The notes under the pieces were generated by a model that did not search any database, was not told where the DNA came from, and saw only the letters and a list, made by a program, of their open reading frames with translations. Positions 35,577 to 43,216 of a DNA stretch of 64,000 nt are shown here, in pieces. Source of the stretch: Terrimicrobiaceae bacterium (GTDB lineage Bacteria; Verrucomicrobiota; Verrucomicrobiia; Chthoniobacterales; Terrimicrobiaceae). The stretch covers positions 4,154 through 68,153 of the forward strand of contig JBGSJQ010000095.1 in NCBI GenBank assembly GCA_041741775.1, in the 5' to 3' direction. The translations under genes were made by a program, and so were the position numbers. Positions within the stretch are counted from its first letter, which is position 1; each line of letters begins with the position of its first letter.

Positions 35577-36185
35577 CTACCCGCCGCTCACTGCGACGTG
35601 TCCATCGGCATAAACGGCATTCCTTCGACCGGGTCCCTCCGCAGAATCAGAGCTGGCCTGGGTGCTGTAGTGGACACCGTTCCAGTCAATCACGAGCCGG
35701 GCCTGCGAATTCGGGGTGTCCACCAAGGAGCCCCCCTCGATGAGTAGCTTGAGATTCCCGAGCTTGTCGCCGTCGAAGTAGTGCAGCCATTGGTAGCTCG
35801 ATCCGAGTCTGGAATACTGGTTGTAGATGCTGTTCACATCGGCTGGGCATTTCAATGTTTCCTTGGTGAGCCCGTAGGGAGACAGCTTTTCGAGAAAAAG
35901 TGCTCCGTAGCCAGGATCGGCCGTGTTCGGCATGCCCGTCGGGATCTCATTCCCGTTGTCCTGCGTGCACAGCAGGGCCGCCATGCCGATCTGTCGAAGA
36001 TTGCCAAGGCACTTCGCGTTCCATGACGCTTCGTAAATCCTTTGAAGATTCGGAAAAACCATGGCGATGAGCACCCCGATGATCGCCAGAGTGATGAGCA
36101 TCTCCACCAGCGTGAAACCTCGCCGGAAACAGGCGGCAAAATCGGAAGCCCTATTCACTTGAGCCTTTTTTTTCAAGATAAGCAT
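35577..36185 (-). CDS. Prepilin-type N-terminal domain protein with a C-terminal H-X9-DG motif (DUF1559-like pseudopilin)
   Basis: RRGFTLVEMLITLAIIGVLIAMVFP, and the C-terminus HYSTQ...NAVYADGHVAV. An alternative GTG start at 36158 would remove the 35-nt overlap with the upstream gene. Confidence 0.8.
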   Translation of the reverse strand: MLILKKKAQVNRASDFAACFRRGFTLVEMLITLAIIGVLIAMVFPNLQRIYEASWNAKCLGNLRQIGMAALLCTQDNGNEIPTGMPNTADPGYGALFLEKLSPYGLTKETLKCPADVNSIYNQYSRLGSSYQWLHYFDGDKLGNLKLLIEGGSLVDTPNSQARLVIDWNGVHYSTQASSDSAEGPGRRNAVYADGHVAVSGG

Positions 36186-37233
36186 CGAAAAATTCCGATC
36201 GCTGTGTCGGGTCCATCGTTGATTCCAGGTTTTCAATATACCTCTCGGCGCTGTTCTCGCCCGAGCTTCCCGGCGGTGATCCCTCCCCACCCGATCCGCC
36301 GGGAGGCGGACCGCCGCCCGGACCACCCGGAAGCTGGATTTTCTGCGAAAAGATGGCGGCCTGCTCGGGCGGGGGTAATTCCTTAAGCGTTTCGAGAAGA
36401 GCCTCCATTTCGGCGATTTTCTCGTTCGCCTCTGCCCTGCGGTTGGCAGGCAGTTCGCCAATCCGGCTTTTCAGAAACGCGACGATCTCGTGCGGGTTGG
36501 GCGGCCCTCCGCCGTTCTGGTCGCGGGTTCCTCCAGGCGGCGGAGGCGGAGGCGGTCCTCCTCCCGGGCCGCGGGGATGGTCCGGTCCGCCGGGCCCCCC
36601 CTCACCCCGGGCGATCAGCATGGCGCACTCCTTACACTTCATGCCGGAACTCTTCGCAAGGCTGCGAAGCACGCGGTCCACAGTGCCAGAAGCTGGCGGC
36701 TTGGCGACCGGAATGGCGCCGTCACCTGAGAGCATAATGCAGAGCCCGGTATGCACGCTCGCCTGCTCCAAATAGGCGGCAATGGTGCCGTCGGTCTCCG
36801 GCTCGACAACCCACTCGTCAACTTTCGGATGGACCTTCGGTGGTCCGACCATCGGGCCCTGAAGTTGAAACCACGTGCCTTGGAACGCTCCCTTTTCCCA
36901 GGATTCCAAAGAATCGTTCAATGCCTTGGAATTCGGGGCGAACGCGTAAGCGATACGAAACTCGGCTCTGACGGCCCCTCCCAAGGCCCGGAGGGCATTC
37001 AGGACCGGAGCCCTGACCAGCTGCAATGTAACGGGGGTGGCCGGGTCGAGGTTCGACCGGATGTGTATCTTTCCCTGGTGCTCGAACGAGCGGATCACCT
37101 CCGCCAGCGGCATCCCGCTCGCGTTGATCGTGATCGTCCGGGGAGCGAGAACCCCAGAGGCGAGTATCCCCACAAGCACAAGGAGAACAAAAAAAAGAAC
37201 CCAGGTGCGCCGCTGATTTGCTTTGGCTATCAT
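36151..37233 (-). CDS. Membrane-anchored protein with an STN/secretin-N-like domain and two Gly/Pro-rich linkers
   Basis: Internal ATG at 37233 (MIAKANQRRTWVLFFVLLVLVGILASG). ITINASGMPLAEVIRSFEHQGKIHI...VTLQLVRAPVLNALRAL resembles STN-type domains. Linkers are GGPGGPDHPRGPGGGPPPPPPPGG and PGGPGGGPPPGGSGG. Confidence 0.6.
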   Translation of the reverse strand: MIAKANQRRTWVLFFVLLVLVGILASGVLAPRTITINASGMPLAEVIRSFEHQGKIHIRSNLDPATPVTLQLVRAPVLNALRALGGAVRAEFRIAYAFAPNSKALNDSLESWEKGAFQGTWFQLQGPMVGPPKVHPKVDEWVVEPETDGTIAAYLEQASVHTGLCIMLSGDGAIPVAKPPASGTVDRVLRSLAKSSGMKCKECAMLIARGEGGPGGPDHPRGPGGGPPPPPPPGGTRDQNGGGPPNPHEIVAFLKSRIGELPANRRAEANEKIAEMEALLETLKELPPPEQAAIFSQKIQLPGGPGGGPPPGGSGGEGSPPGSSGENSAERYIENLESTMDPTQRSEFFDAYLEKKGSSE

Positions 37234-37385
37234 AGAATTTTTCTCGTGCCTGTTATGGACTGTTGAGCTGGAGTGGGCCTGGATATGTGGAAGATGAGCG
37301 CGACCCGATGGAAGCCAGCAAGAGTGGCGGGCAACCATTCGCCGTCTCTGGCATCGTTCGGATAGGCTCTCATTTGATTTGATGA

Positions 37386-40300
37386 TTAGCGAGCCGTGAA
37401 TTTTGATGCGTTTGCATCACCGGAATGGACCGTCGGCCGCAGCCACGGGTGCTGGCTGGCAATTTGCGCGATAAGCTCTTCTTGGTTGTTTCCCACCATC
37501 GTCTCCACTCTCAGCATCGAAGAATTATGCACGCGGTAAGAGGCGAGGGGGTCTCCGCCGATCGCCACGCCACCCAGCCCGAGCTCGGCCAGCCGGCACC
37601 AAAAGAGGTAATCCTCCCAGCCTTGGATCTCCGGCTGGATGTAACCACCGACAAGCGACCAGGCCTCCTTGGAAACGCACGCCATGGCGTCGATGAAATT
37701 CCCGCCGATAAACCGGAGCGGAAGGTAGGTCTGGCTTCCCATCCACTTCTCATCATCTCCAAAATGCTGGATGACCGGGTAGACAAACGCTGCACCGCTT
37801 TTCCTGGCTGCCTCAAGGCAGACCTCGGCACAATTATTGCGCAGGGCGTTGTCCGCATCAAGCGGGAGCACCCACAGGCTCTCGGCGAATTCAAATCCGG
37901 CATTTCGCGTCGCGGCCAGCCGGCTGTTCTTCTTGTTTTTCAGCACGTGCAGGCGATTGAACCTTTCGCGGTGATCATGAGCCCACTGGAGAACGCGAGC
38001 CAGCGAGCTGTCCGTGGATGAGTCGTCCACAATCACCAGGTCCAGGACTTGGAGAGTCTGGTTTTTCACGGACTCCAGCGCCAGCTGCACGTAGTTTTCA
38101 TAATTATAGACGGGCATCACAACGGTCAACGCGGCCACGTCGAGGGCATCATGGGCGAAAACAACCTCGCATTCCGGCAGAAGAGGTTGCGGCGATGGCG
38201 GAGCAGCAAGGCGGCTGGTGAACGCCGCGAAGTCTTTTGTGCCTTTGTGCAAACCGGTCAGTTGTTCCAGAAGAATACCCATTTCGTCGGAACGCCGAAG
38301 CGGGCCATATTTCCAGAGCACGGCGCGATGAGCCTCCGCCGCGACCTGTGCGCGGAGGGAGGGATCGGAGATCAACTCCCGCAATGCCTGGTGCCAGTCG
38401 GAGGCGCCTCTTGCCAAAAAGCCGGTTCGCCCGTGCACAATCGCCTCCGCGAACACCTCCGTCGGCGAGGCCACCGTCGGAACATCCACCAGGGACGCCT
38501 CAAAAAACTTCAGCTCGCTCTTTGCCTCGCAAAAGGGGTTGGCGACCTCGAGGGGAGCGAGGTTGATGTCGAATCTTGCGATCTCAGCCGGCAGGTCGGC
38601 GAGGGCAACGCTCTCTCGCCACTCGACGCGATCTTCCAGACCGGAAAAAGCAGAAAACTCAGACAAATCGACGAGCGGATGGCCCGTGGCGGCATTCCGA
38701 AACAGAACGAGTCTCGTGTCCCCGTTTTCGCGCAAGACGGACGCGAGGGGGGCGGCCATCAGGGCAAAATCCTTCTGGTGGGTCGGAGAGCCTCCTGCAT
38801 AGCCCAGCCGTATCAGCCGATCGCTTTCAGCAAGGCGCTTTTTCCGCACGGCCAGACGGGACATCAGATAGGTCCGTTCGTCGAACCCGTTCGGCAAGAC
38901 GACAGCCGGTTTTCCGGCCGAGCGGCTCTTGCGTGCCAGGAACTCGGTGGTGCAGAGACAGGCCTCGGACCGCCAGAACGCAGAATGAATCAGTTTGTAG
39001 TAGCCCGCAACGTCCTCCTCTGTGAGATTCTGCGTCCTGATTCCATCAATGATTTCGGTCTTGGCGATCCCCGGTTCGAACATGAGGTCGTCGATGTCGT
39101 AAATGATCCGCGCCCCAGCCTCCCGGCCCGCAATCAAGACAGCATCGAGCTCCCTGGTGAATGGGCATCTCCAGATAACGAGAACCGAACACCTTCGCAC
39201 CGAGGCAAGATTTTCGGAGGCCTCCTTCGCAGAGCACTGCCAGCCCCGATACCCAGCAGCGATCGCTGCAGAAAGAGCGCGCTCCACGCGGTAAATATGC
39301 CCCGGAGTGGAGGGTTCCCCGCTGATAAACCCGACAACCCTGCCGCTCGATGCCTCCGTTTCATGGGGAAAATTCCGCAAATGCGTGGGCACCGGCAAGG
39401 GCAGGCCGGCAAAACCTTCGGTGGAGGGTGCGGCCGGAACTTCGCCTTCCGGAGACAGGGTGGGGGGCAAGACTTTTTTGCGGAAGAGTTCTGGAATTCG
39501 AGCCAATTGGTGGTGGACGCCCCTCAGAGGTGCTGTGACCTTCCAAGAGAGGCTTTTTTTCATGGTCTCAATGGCGAATTCCAGCCGCCGAACCTCTCCT
39601 TCGTGGTGCTTGCGGACCGACTCCCGCATGGCTGCCTCATGCGAGTTGGCCAGGGATTCGAAGTAAATCTTCCTCGCATGGTTGTCAGAATTCACGAGAA
39701 GTCTGTCCGTCTGAACCGTTTTTCCCATGCGTCGGTAGAACCGCCTGGCAGCGGACCTTGTGCGGTTCGACGAAGCACAGAGCTGCCTCAAGGTGCCCCC
39801 GGTGCTTTCTCCAAGACAGATGACTCCGAGACCGTTTCCGTGCAGAAACTCGAAATGACGGTATTCCTTGGCGATCTCCGCCCAAAACTTCCAGACCCCG
39901 AAATCGTCGGTCCTCACGTTTGTATCGTGCAACAGGACGACCCCGTCGTCGGTCATCTTCGGCAACCACGTTTCGAAATCCCTCCGGACCGCTTCGTAGG
40001 TATGAAAGCCATCGATGTGAAGGAGGTCGATTTCTCCAGGAGCAAAGCGCCCGCAGGCCTCGTCAAACGTTCCCGGAAAAAGCGTCGCAAACGCTTTGTA
40101 GTTTTCGTTATTGTGTCGGTTGACTTCTAGGAAAACATTGTTCTGGTAGGGTCCTGTATGGGAATCCCCCTCCCATGTATCCACTGCCCAGCATCTGCTG
40201 TTCAGATGCAGGGCCTGGATCGCCTGGCAGAAGCAAAAAAACGAAAATCCGCGGTGGGTGCCGAGTTCGACGAGCGTCCTCGGCCGCATCTGCTCGATGA

Positions 40301-40409
40301 GCCAGAAGGCGAACGGGGCGTGCTCGAGCCATGCGGAATCCACAAGCCATTTCGGCTGCCAAAAACTGGCTTGAGAGACATACGATCCTGGAATCTGGCC
40401 GACGGTCAT
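37386..40409 (-). CDS. Trifunctional glycan-assembly protein: class I methyltransferase (Methyltransf_24-like) + GT4-like + GT2 domains
   Basis: 1007 aa. N-terminus has LVELGTHRGFSFF...LLHIDGFHTYEAV...VLLHDT. The middle has a coiled coil with SWKVTAPLR and a GT-B region. The C-terminus has LTVVMPVYNYENYVQLALESVKNQT...VIVDDSSTDSS...PLDADN. Confidence 0.85.
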   Translation of the reverse strand: MTVGQIPGSYVSQASFWQPKWLVDSAWLEHAPFAFWLIEQMRPRTLVELGTHRGFSFFCFCQAIQALHLNSRCWAVDTWEGDSHTGPYQNNVFLEVNRHNNENYKAFATLFPGTFDEACGRFAPGEIDLLHIDGFHTYEAVRRDFETWLPKMTDDGVVLLHDTNVRTDDFGVWKFWAEIAKEYRHFEFLHGNGLGVICLGESTGGTLRQLCASSNRTRSAARRFYRRMGKTVQTDRLLVNSDNHARKIYFESLANSHEAAMRESVRKHHEGEVRRLEFAIETMKKSLSWKVTAPLRGVHHQLARIPELFRKKVLPPTLSPEGEVPAAPSTEGFAGLPLPVPTHLRNFPHETEASSGRVVGFISGEPSTPGHIYRVERALSAAIAAGYRGWQCSAKEASENLASVRRCSVLVIWRCPFTRELDAVLIAGREAGARIIYDIDDLMFEPGIAKTEIIDGIRTQNLTEEDVAGYYKLIHSAFWRSEACLCTTEFLARKSRSAGKPAVVLPNGFDERTYLMSRLAVRKKRLAESDRLIRLGYAGGSPTHQKDFALMAAPLASVLRENGDTRLVLFRNAATGHPLVDLSEFSAFSGLEDRVEWRESVALADLPAEIARFDINLAPLEVANPFCEAKSELKFFEASLVDVPTVASPTEVFAEAIVHGRTGFLARGASDWHQALRELISDPSLRAQVAAEAHRAVLWKYGPLRRSDEMGILLEQLTGLHKGTKDFAAFTSRLAAPPSPQPLLPECEVVFAHDALDVAALTVVMPVYNYENYVQLALESVKNQTLQVLDLVIVDDSSTDSSLARVLQWAHDHRERFNRLHVLKNKKNSRLAATRNAGFEFAESLWVLPLDADNALRNNCAEVCLEAARKSGAAFVYPVIQHFGDDEKWMGSQTYLPLRFIGGNFIDAMACVSKEAWSLVGGYIQPEIQGWEDYLFWCRLAELGLGGVAIGGDPLASYRVHNSSMLRVETMVGNNQEELIAQIASQHPWLRPTVHSGDANASKFTAR

Positions 40410-42214
40410 TTTCCGAAGACCTCCTCCATGGACGAACAGTGGTGCAACGTGAACTCGTGCGAGGATCCGCTCTTGACACTTTCGATGAGCGCCCGCGTTT
40501 CCGCCCCCCCCCGCTCCCCGGCAACCAGCACGGCTTCGGAAAGCTTCAGAAGGTCCTGAGGGTAGCCTGTAAATCGCGCCTGGCTGCGCCGGAGCAGGCT
40601 CCGCTTTTCCTCCAGGGAAAGGGCGTTAACAAAGTCCATCTCCGCCTCAGCAGGGGTCATCGATCTCTCGCAACGGAACGAGACGGTCGAATTTTTTGCA
40701 AATGATTCGAACGAAAAACACCCCTTCGCGACAAGCCACTCCATCGAGACCGGAAGCCAGGGATACCACGAGTAAATATAATCCTGGTGGATAAGTTTCG
40801 AACCCGGGCGAAGGCTCGTGTAAAATTCGCGAATCACCCGCTGGTTGATCTCCCAGCTCCACAGAATGTCCACATAGAGCAGCTTGATGGGCCCGCCGCT
40901 CCAGTGCTCCTGCTGGATGTCGCCGGCGTGGGTTTCCACCAGGCGACTGTTCCGGCCCAGATTTTTTTTGAAAACATCGAGAAAAGAGTCGCCGGCCTTG
41001 ATGCCGTGCTCCTTCAGGCTGTGGCAGACCATGTAGTCGTTGGCGACAAACAGGTCGTAGGAGTGGAGAAGTGTGCTGCCCGAGGGGGGTTCTGCACCGC
41101 CGGTGACGGCCCCTTCCAGGAGGGCGGCTGTGGAGCCGCCGAGATAGCATCCAAGCTCCACCATGACCCCATCTGCTCTGGCCAGCGAGTGCGCCAGGAA
41201 GACCGGAAGCTGGCGCTCTTCGTCACCAAGCATCGCCGGAAAGGAGCGAACGTGGCCGGAGACCCCCTGGTTGACAAAATCCCGGTTGTTCCGCGGAAAG
41301 ATCATCTCGTTCTCTGGCAACGTCGGCGTCTCTCTCGCGGCGGGCGCGGGCGCAACCGGGCAGGGGAGCGGTGTCTTGACCGCCGTCGCCTGCCAGCCGG
41401 CCGCACACGCTTCCTTCGTTGCCTCAGGAAGCGTCTGGAACGCGCGCCAGAGCCTCGATTTTTCCCTTGTCTCCGGTTTCGCCCAAAGATCGGCGAGTTC
41501 CGAGATCCGGGCGTTTGAGAAGTCCTTCAGTGCCCGCTTGTCCGCCAGCGATGAAAGACCGAGCCGGAGGTCGGACGCGATCCAAGCCAGCGCGAATCCA
41601 GGATGAAAATTGTCGCTGACTTTCAGATCGACGTCGCCGAATTCCTTCAGCCACTCGGCCAGCCCGTAGCGGGTGACGTTGTAGTAGTGGTGGGGCGGCT
41701 CGTGCAGCGGCTGCAACGCAGCCGTGTGCATGAAAAAGCTCCCCCCGTCCTTGAGCACGCGCCGGACCTCGGCGGCCGCCAGTCGCGGATCACGGTAATG
41801 CTCGAACGCGTTCAGGCAAACGACCGCATCGAACGATTCATCGGCGAACGGGAGCATGTGGACGTCGCCGGCCACATCGGTATTCCGAAAAATCGAATAC
41901 TCGAATTCGACAACATTCGCGGCCTTTCCGGCCGTGCCCCCGGCGCTCAAATTGAGGACCGGGCCGTCGGTGGATGCGATGATCGCGAGAGCCTCGGGAG
42001 GGAGCGCGTTGCTCGTATGCGAGGTGGGATGGACTTTTATCGCCGCCCCTTCGGGAGTGAAGACGGGAACGCCGTTCACCATCGGATACCTCCGATCCCC
42101 TTCGAGACAGCGGAGCAGGCATTCGCTCTCGATTTCAAGCCGCAAGCCGGTTTCCGGACAGCGAAGGAGTGGGATCAGTTTGAATATGTCCATAGAATCC
42201 AGTCGATTATTCAC
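40406..42214 (-). CDS. Trm112-like zinc-ribbon + two class I methyltransferase-like domains
   Basis: LLRCPETGLRL...YPMVNGVPVF (Trm112-like), FDAVVCLNAFEHYRDP...LKDGGSFF (Methyltransf_11-like), and a second VMVELGCYLGGST...LLYVDI domain. Confidence 0.8.
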   Translation of the reverse strand: MNNRLDSMDIFKLIPLLRCPETGLRLEIESECLLRCLEGDRRYPMVNGVPVFTPEGAAIKVHPTSHTSNALPPEALAIIASTDGPVLNLSAGGTAGKAANVVEFEYSIFRNTDVAGDVHMLPFADESFDAVVCLNAFEHYRDPRLAAAEVRRVLKDGGSFFMHTAALQPLHEPPHHYYNVTRYGLAEWLKEFGDVDLKVSDNFHPGFALAWIASDLRLGLSSLADKRALKDFSNARISELADLWAKPETREKSRLWRAFQTLPEATKEACAAGWQATAVKTPLPCPVAPAPAARETPTLPENEMIFPRNNRDFVNQGVSGHVRSFPAMLGDEERQLPVFLAHSLARADGVMVELGCYLGGSTAALLEGAVTGGAEPPSGSTLLHSYDLFVANDYMVCHSLKEHGIKAGDSFLDVFKKNLGRNSRLVETHAGDIQQEHWSGGPIKLLYVDILWSWEINQRVIREFYTSLRPGSKLIHQDYIYSWYPWLPVSMEWLVAKGCFSFESFAKNSTVSFRCERSMTPAEAEMDFVNALSLEEKRSLLRRSQARFTGYPQDLLKLSEAVLVAGERGGAETRALIESVKSGSSHEFTLHHCSSMEEVFGK

Positions 42215-43206
42215 TTCGCCAGCATATCGCGCCAGCGGAAAACTTCCTCGCAGAGCCGCCGCAGGAACTTTGACGGACTCCGGAGGTCCGGCAGCAGCAC
42301 CGCGTCCTGCCAGGTTTTGAAAAACGGATAAAGATACGGGAACAGGCGAGAGCGGGCGGCCCCCTCGGCTTTCATCAGGCGAAGCGAGTCTTTCAGAATC
42401 CGATGCGGGTCGAGCGTGCCGTCAAGCTGATAGGTCGACCGGCAAAGCGCGAGCAGCCGGGCCCATCGCGAGCCGTCGATGGAAATCGTCGAACACGTCG
42501 TGCGGAAGGATCTTCTGCCGTAATTCCGCTGCAATTTTTCTTCGAGGTTCCGGCGTCCCTCGACAAATGTTTCATCGAGCGTGCCCAGCGAGCGGTGGCT
42601 CCAGAGATAATCAACGACGTAGGCGGTGTAGCCGAGCCGCTCAGCCACGAGACACAGATCCGGTCCGTAAAAATGAAACCCGTCGAGGTCGGAACTCACC
42701 GTGATCCCGGTGCCATTTTTCACGATGAGAACATTCTCGTCCACGCAGACCACCCGCTCGAACGGCTTTCCCAGTGGAAATGTCCCGACGAAGGTCTCCA
42801 GCGATGCAGCCCAGCCCTGCCAACTCTCCGCCAGCGTTCCGCAGTTCCCGATGATCCCCCACATCGGGTCGTGCTCCTCCAGCTCGCGGATCCGTGTGGT
42901 CAGCTTCCCGCAAGGCTCCCGAGGAAAGGCGTCCTGGTGGACGATCAGCACATACCGTCCGTCCGCACGCCCAAGAAATTCCCGCACCGCCTCGTAGGCG
43001 GAAAATTCGTTTCCCCGGGAATTGTCGCAGACCAGAAATTCGCAGTCGGCCTCCGAGAACCCGCATTCGGCAAACGCCTTCCGCACCGCCGCATACTCGT
43101 CCCAGCGGGTGACCAGGCAGCAGATCGAAAACGTTTTTCCATAGGCACGGTCCTTGGTCAGCAATGTCGTTCCCCGTGGAATGTGTTTGGGATCGGAAGT
43201 GTCCAT
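42211..43206 (-). CDS. Hypothetical protein, possible GT-A-like transferase
   Basis: 331 aa (FSICCLVTRWDEY...VLIVHQD). ATGA overlap with the upstream gene. No firm motif. Confidence 0.5.
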   Translation of the reverse strand: MDTSDPKHIPRGTTLLTKDRAYGKTFSICCLVTRWDEYAAVRKAFAECGFSEADCEFLVCDNSRGNEFSAYEAVREFLGRADGRYVLIVHQDAFPREPCGKLTTRIRELEEHDPMWGIIGNCGTLAESWQGWAASLETFVGTFPLGKPFERVVCVDENVLIVKNGTGITVSSDLDGFHFYGPDLCLVAERLGYTAYVVDYLWSHRSLGTLDETFVEGRRNLEEKLQRNYGRRSFRTTCSTISIDGSRWARLLALCRSTYQLDGTLDPHRILKDSLRLMKAEGAARSRLFPYLYPFFKTWQDAVLLPDLRSPSKFLRRLCEEVFRWRDMLAK

Positions 43207-43216
43207 GTGATCAGAG

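Noticed and set aside
38049-40130. 693-aa plus-strand ORF, plus similar long antisense ORFs at 2993-4669, 45763-47184, 53739-55013, 33496-34326 and 42403-43461
   Set aside because: All lie opposite genes with strong family motifs (MT-GT fusion, fkp, capD-like, gmd/SxtJ, methyltransferase, GT-like). Their compositions are typical of GC-rich antisense frames.
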